This document shows positions 13,597 to 24,752 of a stretch of 64,000 nt of DNA, piece after piece. A program made the position numbers and the translations under genes. Origin of the DNA: Antedon mediterranea (taxonomy: Eukaryota; Animalia; Echinodermata); assembly GCF_964355755.1 (NCBI RefSeq), contig NC_092675.1, forward strand, positions 10,163,812 to 10,227,811, written 5' to 3'. Numbering within the stretch: position 1 is the first letter of the stretch; the number at the start of each line of letters is the position of its first letter. The notes beneath the pieces were generated by a model. The model was not told where the DNA came from, made no database searches, and saw nothing but the letters and a program-made list of their open reading frames with translations.

Positions 13597-14895
13597 GAGA
13601 GGGGCATTTGATAACGTTTTAGTACACTGTATATATATATATATACAGTGTAATATAGGCCTAGTTGAAATTACGGGACCCACGTCATGTTCTAATTTTT
13701 GGTATGATGACGTTATCAAAAAGAAATTTGAAGATGATAATTTCGAAATATAATGAATTGACCAAATAAATATTTGATTTGAAAGAAAATTTGGCACGTA
13801 GAAGCGCAGTGCGAGATTTTGAATTTTATATAACTTTGACGAAAGAGATGAAAAAACTACTTTTTAAATTCAACTGGCCGGCCATTATGATAACGTCACA
13901 ACATACGTTACGCTTAATTTTTATATGAATTCATATCTACATTTCATCAGCTTTCACATTAAATTATATTCGTCAATGTCAGCCTTATTTATGAAGAGCT
14001 GTAAAGATATTCAATTATACATTGTAGCTGAAATAACACGATCTACGTTATTCAAATTTTTACGCGTGATGACGTCGTCAAAATAAAAACGGTGGCAACT
14101 CAGGAAAAAGATAAATAATTGAGCAAGCACATAATAAAATTTAATAAACAATCGAGTCTAAATAAACAAGATGCACTCTGTTGAATGTTATAATCTAAAA
14201 CTCAGTGGCTTCCAGAATAAGTTGAAGAAAAATGGGGGTCATCGTGCATTCTGAAGAATTATGTTCATTTTTAAAAAAATGTGTGCAATTAATGTGCACA
14301 TTTTGTGTCATGTTTAACCTGCTCGTATAGCATTATTTTAAAGTCCGAATGTACTCAAATTGTGTTAATGTACCATGGTGAGTAGAATGTGATTTGTTCA
14401 AAAATCGTAATTTTTTAAGTTTCTTAAGCATCGCGTGCGCAAAAATGTTTAAGCACGCAAATGGCCTAATTCATCTATATATAAATTATGGTTAATTCTG
14501 ATATAGGCGAGCACAATGGAAAAACTTCGGTACAAATCTCTGCCTTGGATACCTACATGATCTATCTCAGATGTAGGCCTACTGCGAAACGTACGGTAGA
14601 TTTGAAACTGACCTGCATGCATGGTTGGTTTCAACTAAGTTGGCCGTTGGTGCTTGGTGGCGATAGCAATTTTAGTTTTTTGTTTATTTTCGGACCGCGC
14701 GTGTGAAGTTATATAGTAGTACATATCAAATTTAATATATTCATAAAACATAGGAGTATATTGTGGGGAATAAGTATATAAAATTACATAGAGAGAACTG
14801 ATGATAAGAGCTTTTGTTTCAAATCAAATGAAACCCCGATAGCCGAGTTGTTGAGTAAGCTGCCTGTATATAGTCCATGGGATTTAGACTTTTAA

Positions 14896-16466
14896 AGGGG
14901 GATTCTGGGTTTAAAATTGGTTTTAAATATCGTTTATTTATTAAATAAAAAATATTATAACAATATAGACATGTCAGAATGAAGAAGTAATAACGAGAAA
15001 TTAAAAAAATTAAATTTCATATACATTTTAGGGTAAATTCATGGAAAGTCTGTTTTTCAGCAGCTTAGGGAAGCTCATTAATATTCATGAGATATTCACA
15101 AAATCACGTCACCAGTGGATTCCAAACTCGCGACGTCATTGTGTTTTTGTCAACTAATTTACATCTCTCTCCCCTGTCAAACGACGACCACCCGATCATT
15201 GTGAAATACATTTTTTGTAGATTTTCTAAGCTAGGCCTAAAGTGTAATAATAACAGTAGTAGCATATATTTATTTGACATTTAATGAAATACAAAATTTA
15301 GTACAGATACGGAGTCATAAATTATACTATTTTTATACCTCTATAGTACAGATCGTATTATCGGCTTCACGTACAATACTACTCTAGGCCTAGCCTAATA
15401 ATAATAAGGGCGAGAGCCATTCTGACTAGGGATTCCATGCCACGATGGCTACGTTAAAACAATGGGGCCCATGGGCCTAGCTAGCCTACTACTAGACGAT
15501 TGGCCCATAAATAACAAAACCCATCCTATCAACCAAACTCCTAAACAATCTAAACCTAAAACGTTCTACAAAATCGGCTGTAAATATTGAAGCAAAACAA
15601 GGTCCGATCGCCGTCCACACGTATGGTGTCCCGATCGTCTAAGTATAGGCCTAAAATAAAATAGGCTTAGTTTACTCTCCAAAAAAGCGGATACTCATGC
15701 ATCAAGCAAGTAGACCAGATAGTAGGAAGGAGACCTAGCCGATCCGGCCCAGTTAAAAATTGAGCTAGCTAGTGTAGTAGACCCTATGCGAATTGATACT
15801 ACCAGGCCTTTTACTATAGGCTGCACAACACAAATATTCCAACTCTCTCATTCGAGCTATATTATCTATACCATTCCGGTAGGTCAAGTCGACCTTCAAT
15901 CAAATACTGTACATCGTTCATGTTGTGATTATAGACGGGGTATACTCGACCCGACCAGTTTGGTATTGTTGTATCTGCTTATCACGTGACGATGCCAGGC
16001 ATGTGCAGCAGAGAGAGCACGTGTATCGTCGTCTCGCTCGATCTCAGCAGGAATGTACAGTATACGTTACGCTTCATTGATTTTGATTTTTCCCTAAGTC
16101 GGTGCGAAAATCGGCAAACGTAAAGTGCAAACATATCTAATTTTTCACTGTTTTGATGAATTTTCATAAAAAATTGACTTTATAAATGGGAAGACCGACT
16201 AAAATTACATCAGATAAGTATAATTTTACAAAAGTAATTGATATGGTTTATGATAACGAGTCGTCGGAAGATGGACCATTTCACGAATTTCCTATTTTGT
16301 AACCACAGTGTGATTTTGCCGTAGCTGCACTTGTAATCTGGCCTGATTTCACAGCCTTCGTTCTGCTTTCACTGGGCGCTTATATAAATTGAAACTGTTA
16401 CCGTTCAAGAGACAAACAAATATATTTTACATTTTTTACTATTCATTTTAAACCCGGAACCCCCCT
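14896..16466. mobile_element. Non-autonomous Kolobok-like element inserted in the left Academ TIR
   Basis: TTAA|AGGGGGATTCTGGGTTTAAAAT ... ATTTTAAACCCGGAACCCCCCT|TTAA. Confidence 0.8.
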
Positions 16467-17261
16467 TTAACTCACACAAATTGCAAGAAAAGGTTTTTTT
16501 GATGAAATGTGTTCTTTAGACAGTACTGAACACATTTATCAACGTTAGGACATTTTTCGACAACAGGAAGTAGCCTAATTTGCATAATTAAAAATGGCCG
16601 CCATTTTTAATAACGTACTCTGTATCTTGGAAACCGCTAGTCACAGATATTTAATTATGGTGTCAAAATCGCTAGAATATATGTTTTTATATTCACTTTA
16701 ATGAAAAAGTTTGTCCAAAAATGAATGGAAGTGCTATTTCTAACATTATTGACCTTTGACCTTGATTTATCATATCTCAGCAACCACTAATCGGAGATAT
16801 ACAAATTAGGGCTTAAATTGTTCAGAAACTACACATTTATATCCAGTCTAATGGCATGTTTTTGAAAAAAATGGCGGATTCTAACATTATTGACCTTTGA
16901 CCTTGATTTTTCATATCTTAGCAACCACTAAACTGAGAGACACACAATATGGCTCAAACTGTTCAGAAACTACATATTTATATTTAGTCTAATGGCATGT
17001 TTTTGCAAAAAATGGCCGATTCTAACATTATTGACCTTTGAACTTTGCACTACATAAAATCGCATAACTTTGAAAATATAGTACATATGAAATTATTTTT
17101 AGTGTCAAATTATTCAGAACATACATGTTTCTATAGAGTCCAATGACACATTATGTCCAATAATGACCTATTGTATGGTTATTAACATTTGAACTATATT
17201 TGAAAAAGATTTTTAAACCCGGAATCTTCTTCATGTAGGCATTCATTAGAACATGTGATTT

Positions 17262-17585
17262 ATTTATTTATTTATTTTATGTCTTTAGGCAATGTGGCCA
17301 AGGATTACCAATAGTGAATTAATCACTGTCCTATCAGATAGGTGGTAATCCCCCTGATACAGGGGCTATTGTGTGAACCAGTTCACCGGGGTAACCCCTA
17401 CTCTTTTTCGAATAATGAACTGGGTTTCTTTAAAGTACACACAGGTTATAACTGTGTACACTGGACCTACGGTTTATAGTCCTTATCCGAGAAGACTTGT
17501 TCCACCACCAGAACTAGGAGCGAGTCGGCCTCGAACCCTTGCCAATGTTGCTGTTGGCTCTTTAGGTACGGTAAACGGCGCCTTA
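17262..17585 (-). mobile_element. tRNA-derived Deu/Nin-domain-like SINE, 5'-truncated, with a distinct 3' tail
   Basis: Box B GGTTCGAGGC. The core CTCGGATAAGGACTATAAACCGTAGGTCC...TTTAAAGAAACCC...TTCGAAAAAGAGTAGGGGTTACCCCGGTG is shared with 29410 and 48376. (TAAA)n tail. Confidence 0.75.
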
Positions 17586-20269
17586 ATTTGGCTCTCTAAA
17601 ATGTAAGAGTTGCAACGTTGACTTATTATGTTTAGTTTAAAGTAGGTCATGGTACATTAAATTTATAAGCATAAACTATTGCATTCATCCATAAACTGCC
17701 TATAAGTTTACACGTTTGTTTATTTTATTTCTTATCGTTTTTGCAGCTGAAGCTGAATTACAAGATATTTATATTAAAAGCATTAAAATTGATGGTTAAA
17801 AAATGGTAAAAATTAAACCACATAGAAACATGGTACATACACAATACATTCACGTAAAAAAAAGTACAAAAACAAGTTATAAAAGGTTAAAAACTATACA
17901 CCACTAGTAGTCGTACTGTATATGGTTATTGAAATAAATAAATAAATTCCATAAGAAACTGAGGTTTTTACTGTATACGGCGAAAATATTGCAAGTGGTG
18001 GTCAGCCTAATTAGGAGTCTCGATAGCCATATCGATCTTTTAAAATTCCAGTTGTCAACAATGCGTCTATTAGTAGAAAATGCCTTCTTAATAAGACTAT
18101 AGTTTCAACCTAAAAGAATGCCCTCAAGAGTGATGCTATACTTAGAAAAATATAAACTAAATAAGCTTTAGAAATTTGTTTTTTGAATATGCCATTTAAT
18201 GGCAATTTAATTTGATCAAAAAATAAATTACTAACTTGAAAAAAACGTTAATAAACCTGCAAAATGGCATGGCCTATTTCAAGTATGTACAATATATCAT
18301 AAAAAAAACTACATTTTTGTTGGCTCTGTTAATAGTGTCAACACCAACTTTCTCCTGAGTAAGATGTAAGACCTAATTAAAAATCTATTAATAATCCAAA
18401 CCTATAATGTATGTATACATAGTCTAATATTTTTTTTTTAAGTGAATATTTTCAGTTTTTAAATTTAATTTAAATCAACTGGTTACATGCATTTTAAATT
18501 ACCACCATATTCCAAACAAGTAGTGCCAAATCACATGTTCTAATGAATGCCTACATGAAGAAGATTCCGGGTTTAAAAATCTTTTTCAAATATAGTTCAA
18601 ATGTTAATAACCATACAATAGGTCATTATTGGACATAATGTGTCATTGGACTCTATAGAAACATGTATGTTCTGAATAATTTGACACTAAAAATAATTTC
18701 ATATGTACTATATTTTCAAAGTTATGCGATTTTATGTAGTGCAAAGTTCAAAGGTCAATAATGTTAGAATCGGCCATTTTTTGCAAAAACATGCCATTAG
18801 ACTAAATATAAATATGTAGTTTTTGAACAGTTTGAGCCATATTGTGTGTCTCTCAGATTAGTGGTTGCTAAGATATGAAAAATCAAGGTCAAAGGTCAAT
18901 AATGTTAGAATCCGCCATTTTTTGCAAAAACATGCCATTAGACTGGATATAAATGTGTAGTTTCTGAACAATTTAAGCCCTAATTTGTATATCTCCGATT
19001 AGTGGTTGCTGAGATATGATAAATCAAGGTCAAAGGTCAATAATGTTAGAAATAGCACTTCCATTCATTTTTGGACAAACTTTTTCATTAAAGTGAATAT
19101 AAAAACATATATTCTAACGATTTTGACACCATAATTAAGTATCTGTGACTAGCGGTTCCCAAGATACAGAGTACGTTATTAAAAATGGCGGCCATTTTTA
19201 ATTATGCAAATTAGGCTACTTCCTGTTGTCGAAAAATGTCCTAACGTTGATAAATGTGTTCAGTACTGTCTAAAGAACACATTTCATCAAAAAAAACTTT
19301 TCTTGCAATTTGTGTGAGAAAAGGGTCATTTTTTAGCTAAATCCCATGGACTAATAGGCCTACTCTATAGGCCTACTTATTAGGACCCTGGAATACTTCT
19401 GCCCATGTTGCAAGCCGTAAACTAAAACGTCTTCTTCTCACTGTGTCGCGGTATTAATTAAACCAATTAGGATGGTATTTATTTGAATAAACACAATTAT
19501 GCTATTTTTAGTAGATTTCATCGGACTGTTATCTATACAAATTATCAAGCATTTGTTATTCTTTTTTACCACTTTTTATTCTATAGAGGATTTTATTTGT
19601 AAATGTACCATATTATTAAAACTAAAATATGTGATGTATCCCTCGAGCACCTCCCTCAAATTAATTCCGTCTCCCTACCAAACAATAAACACTATGTAAA
19701 ACGCTATTAATCATCTAAGACACTGTGAAACAGGTTAGTGAGTATGGTCTGGTTTAGTTTTACGAATATTAAGCATTTCAATGGTATGGTCAAGAATTTC
19801 CTTCTAAAACCCGAGTCATTATCAATCCGAGAACCATCGTCTACACTTCCTAGTGGGGAAGCGAGCGAAAAAAAACCTTAATTTTAGCTTTTTAAATTTC
19901 TAACGCACAATTTTGACCCCTTGTACGTTTTTATTTACTTAGGCTATATTTTTACCCTTGACCTGAAGTTTACGTGTAGTGAATTTTGATACGTGGTGGA
20001 GATATGTTTGATAATGTAATTCACAAAATGGCGAAGGCCTATATGACAGATGAGTGATCACGTTGAAAAGCTTATTAGGATTATGTTAAATTTATTGAAA
20101 AATATTGTAAAATTGTTGTGATCATTGACATTTTAACAGTTTGAGATAATTATTGTTACGCAAATTGGTACAGAGAGAAATAAAGAATAAGAAAAAAATT
20201 AGATTTCATACAATAACATAATAGGTGATCATTTTATTCTAAATGATCACCTAATAAGCAAAAACCAAG

Positions 20270-20570
20270 GTATAGAAAACCACACACATATTTCGAAAAT
20301 ACCAGAAAGAAAAATAAAAGAAGCCATTTGGATAAAGAAAACTGACAATAACATGAACAGATAACAGGGAGGACATGAGCTAAGCCATATTTATGATGAT
20401 ATGATAAAAAGGGACACTAACACCAGAGGACCAGCAGAAAGCTGACGAACGAAAGAAGACAGAAGATCATCTCATAGTCATTTGCGTGACCAAGGCTACT
20501 GAAATAGCCGAAACGTATAGCAAGTAAGTACATGACAATTGGTTTTAAACTAAAAAGTTAAAATTTATTT
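20270..20570 (+). mobile_element. Penelope-like element 3' remnant: GIY-YIG C-terminus plus a hammerhead-like motif
   Basis: Translates RKIKEAIWIKKTDNNMNR*QGGHELSHIYDDMI, followed at 20482-20523 by TTGC-GTGACCAA-GGCTA(ctgaaa)TAGCC-GAAAC-GTATA-GCAA. Confidence 0.7.
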
Positions 20571-21080
20571 ATAAAATATTAATTTGAAAACAGATTAAAA
20601 TATTTCTAGAAAAAAACGTATAAATTGTAATCTATACAAAGTAATGTTGATTGAGTTATTGAATTATTACTATATTATTTATTTATCTATTCTAATTATT
20701 ATGTTGCAACTTTATCAGGTCAAAAACAGCGACATTAAACATTCATCATCCATAACAAAAATATAAATACCTGTACAGCACAACACCACAACTTTTATTC
20801 ACAAATACAGTATTGCAAAAACTAAATCAAAACGGAATGAAGTGCCTAGCTTTCAGAAAACACTTGTCAGGCTAACGAGGGTACTTAAATAAATAATGTA
20901 AAATTAACATTAATATAAACGGCTGCTGTTAAAAGATGGTTAGGTTAAAAATAAAAACTTTCTACAAAGGCAGACACTTTAGCTCATTTTAGATAAACGA
21001 GAGTATAGTAAAGTTAAAACAACTTTCTCACAAATATACTATAACTAAATTATCAAACTGAACTGGTTTAATCGTCCTAC

Positions 21081-21170
21081 CTTTCTGTCTGTCGTTTTCT
21101 TTCTCTCCTCGATATCTTGTGCTTTTGAAGTTTGATGTGAAAGCTATTTTTCTCGTCTCACTTTTATACA
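21081..21170 (-). promoter_or_regulatory. TATA box, Inr and short non-coding first exon, probably of the C1q gene
   Basis: Minus strand TATAAAA at 21168-21162, Inr TCA(+1)CATC with +1 at 21138 (30 nt downstream), donor AG|GTAGGA at 21081/21080, and CCAAT boxes at about 21298 and 21345-21362. Assignment to C1q is inference. Confidence 0.55.
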
Positions 21171-21623
21171 CTCCTATTCCCAAAACACCCAGATGCATAC
21201 GTGACAAAAACGACAAAAGTACACGTCCGATTATTGCTTATTAGATACCTTGTAGACTTCCTATGGGACTATAACGCGACATCTCCGAGCTAGGTATCCA
21301 ATCAGAGAGGTATTTACACATATTCTACCAAACAGTAACTTGTTCTGATTGGTACCAATCAGTTTCATGTATCACGAAATGTGCAAATCATCGGATTGAA
21401 ATTCAACTACAGTTACATTTCTGTGTCAAACTGAACTGAAATAATATTACCAACGTATTATTCTTTCATTTATGTATTATCAATTTATGAAAAATATGGT
21501 CAGATTATGTTACTAAACAATCAAATCTGAAACTGCATACTGATGTGATACCTGAGAAAACATTTTTCTTTAAATTTAGAATAATTTGAATGTTGTCTTG
21601 GATAACATGGTACTCTATCACTC

Positions 21624-23787
21624 CATGGATAAAAGAATTAGAAGGATATGCATCGACGGCGACATCAAACGATTTTACAACGCGCTTGCCTATACTAAAG
21701 CACTGCTGCCAATCAAACATTGAACTTCGTGTCTCTAACCGCGGCCCTCTGTAGAACGCTGCGAATCAACTGCTACATTTTTTTAGACCAAAACGTAACC
21801 ATGTAGAAATCGTATGCGCAGTCTGAATGTTCTATTGACATGTCTGCGTCGATGATTAATTGACAACAAAAATGTATTGCTGAACAATTCTGTTTTAGTT
21901 TCATAACAATCAGACTACGAAAAGTTCACTTTCTTACGACTGATAATTTTAAGTAGTTGGTAATATTAATAAAATATGCAATTTTTATATTTGAATTATC
22001 ATTATTTGCCTGCCATCTTCTGTCATTAAAAATTGCGTTAATCTATAGAATATTAAATTATGCATTTGACCATGTATGTTGTTAGTGTGTCCGGTGTCCA
22101 CACATAAAACAATCGTGTTTTTAATATATGGCTAAGCAGTGGTTTCTTCATAAATCTCCTTAATTATATTTAAATTTTAGTGCCTGGTGATTGGCTAGTG
22201 GTTATGTCATCCACATCACATCCAATCACCGGGCCTAATTTAATGAAAACAGCGATCCCTGATCCGGGATTGGCTGGCTATGTATAGTTGCGATACGTTA
22301 CCTAGCGGTCGTTTTGAAAAGTACACGCATGGCAAACTTAATCACGAACAAACGAAGTACCTATTATTATTCACACAAGAAGTAAGACAACGGTGAGTAT
22401 ATAGATCATGATTACACGTTGTATCTACTACACTTAATATTAGCCTAGGCCTACCTAGGCAGTATCAATGTCGGCAAATCATATGGCTTACTAGTAAGCC
22501 TAGAAGGCCTAGGCCTAGTATCCTTGCTGATTTTGTAATTTTACATGTAGGCTGAGACAACAAATAGTTATTGTCTCAGATGTAGGGCTACTACAGGTCA
22601 TAAAATACTACTTTAATGTCATAAAAACATTAGCGTAGATCAATCGCGGCAGAAACCTATACTAATTACAATTATAGCATCTACAATTCTAAGCCATTAA
22701 CAATATAGTATTTTATCTGGTATATTGATGAAGTAAGCCTACACTAGGGTCTTCACAATAACGTACAATGTAATTTAATACGCTGTGGCTAAAGATACGG
22801 TACCGTATTCTAACTTCTGTTTACTAAAGGTACGGTAAAATTGCATTACGTCATAATCAGCCAATGGGGTGCTGGTACGTGTGTGACGTCATCGTATAAG
22901 GACTTTTGATTTTTTTTCATATCGCGTCTGTTGTACTTGTATGTAGACAATTCCTGTCGGCGGCGCCATGCTGCATGGATGTGTGTGCGCTGATCGGAGG
23001 GTTTTATTTTTATTCCAAATGGCCTTTAGGCCTATATTTTTTATTAAACTTTGTTTACAATGGTGACCATAAACAACAAGCAAATGCGGACAATAAAGGG
23101 GCCCTCAAATACTATGATTTTTAGACAGTAGCCCCAGGGCTGAGTCACAGAAATCAGCGCACACATGCAGCTGGCCCCAGCCTGGCATCGCTTTCTAACA
23201 CAAACAAACTCATATATGAGGTTATAGTACGTAGTAAGTAGGCCTAGGCCTCTTTTGAAACGGTTTTCTGTATTCTAGAATTAAAATCAACATGTTTTGG
23301 CTTTTCAATAATAATAACAGACGTAGGCTACATTTAGTTTTTGTCACACACGACGGCGATAATAGCGATAAATGAAACATAAAGAAAATGCGGTTGATCA
23401 CTGTTTTCGCGATATGAAAAAAATCCAAAGTCCTTATACGATGACGTCACACACGTACCAGCACCCCATTGGCTGGTTATGACGTAATGCAATTTTACCG
23501 TACCTTTAGTAAACAGAAGTTAGAATACGGTACCGTATCTTTAGCCACGGCGAATTTAATAACTGTTTTCAATAAACATTATACTCAGCAGTGGCGTGAG
23601 GCAGAGGCCAACAAGGTTAAATGTCGTTGCACATGTGCAGTAAACAATATATTAGGCACGCGACCGTTTCGTTGTTACCATGCGGTTAATTAAACTGTAA
23701 CATTGTGGGCGGTTCGCGCTCTGTCGGCGAGAGTCAAGGAACCCTTGATCTCACGTCGATGCATATCCTTCTATTCTTTAATCCATG
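21624..23787. mobile_element. Non-autonomous P-element-like DNA transposon
   Basis: TIR CATGGATAAAAGAATTAGAAGGATATGCATCGACG / CGTCGATGCATATCCTTCTATTCTTTAATCCATG with 7-bp TSD ATCACTC. CAT..ATG termini. Confidence 0.75.
22781..23552. mobile_element. Non-autonomous Mutator (MULE)-like element nested in the P-like element
   Basis: About 145-bp near-perfect TIRs (22781-22927 / 23408-23552) and a perfect 9-bp TSD AATTTAATA. Confidence 0.8.
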
Positions 23788-24752
23788 ATCACTCCAACTT
23801 AGTTTAATATGGCCTTGAGAAATACACTTACATCTAACAACAAATGTCGTATTCTGATTAAAATTAACATAACTAGGCCTAGTTCTATAGTTTTAGGTGA
23901 ATTTAAGATAAAATCAATAAGCCTATAATTATTTTAATTAAGCTGGTAAGCCTGCTGAAAACATAAAAAAAATTGAAAGCATACTATAGTGTGATATTTC
24001 TACTCTCAGAGGAAAATCATATTAGGACCGTTTGTGATAACAGATTCTTGTCAGCGGTCCAGAGTCGCCAACAGCTATATAAGATAATTGTTGATGATGC
24101 AATGATGGGCAACCAAAGTATGTAAGTTGTGATTGCTATATATTTTCGACCTTGCTGACTCTCGATTACCATCAATAGATTATTTCAAATAGGTGTCTCC
24201 TCTGTGCATGGATTTCAGACTTTTTATCTTTTTAGCTGCATCGTGCCAAATCATAATAATACAGTAATCTGAAATCTGTTGTATTATTGGCAACTTCAAA
24301 ATACAATTTTGTCAGAAGATTTCCAAAAGTAGTTCATCATGCATATAAACGTTCAAAACCTTACAATAACAAAACAAGCAAAGTATCACTCACAGCACAG
24401 CGCATTTTAACTTTGGATACCCAAACAACGAGATGCCGCGGAAATTGAATCAATCTAACAACAGGAGGCTGAGCTTCACTTGCAAAGATAGAGTTTGATC
24501 TGAGGGTGGCTTTGAAGAATACATACACAATACAATAGTAGACCGGCAGCTCAGAGACATTTGGTTAGATGAGCTAGGTACCAATATCTGACTATTTAAG
24601 TGTGTTGGGGGGTCACTTGAAGTCACTGAAAATGGGAGTTTGCCGGGTACCCCCTGCTGCGTCTAGACCGGGGGGACCCCGAAAAGTACTAAACAATTGG
24701 CCCCGGTTAGATGAGAGAGATACCACCTAATTTTACCACCATGGGATGCCCA

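Larger units (their letters stand above)
14871..19353. mobile_element. Non-autonomous Academ-like foldback element with about 800-bp near-perfect inverted arms (16471-17260 vs about 18527-19318)
   Basis: Termini TAGTCCATGGGATTTAG / CTAAATCCCATGGACTA with 3-bp TSD ATA. Arms contain about 145-bp tandem subrepeats (TTGACCTTTGAC, AAAATGGC). Confidence 0.8.
14474..19868 (+). mobile_element. Non-autonomous Helitron split by an Academ-like insertion; 3' hairpin truncated
   Basis: A|TCTATATATAAATTATGG start is nearly identical to 63312. Segments on both sides of the insertion (TTGAGTAAGCTG; TCTGCCCATGT, ATTAGGATGGTATTTATTTGAATAAAC) are colinear with 63820-63990. The 3' part CGAGAACCATC..CCTAG..GCGAGCG resembles the end at 10410-10450. 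Confidence 0.65.

Noticed and set aside
24000-24520. Possible very old LINE RT fragment on the + strand
   Set aside because: Only faint motif traces; too degenerate to support.
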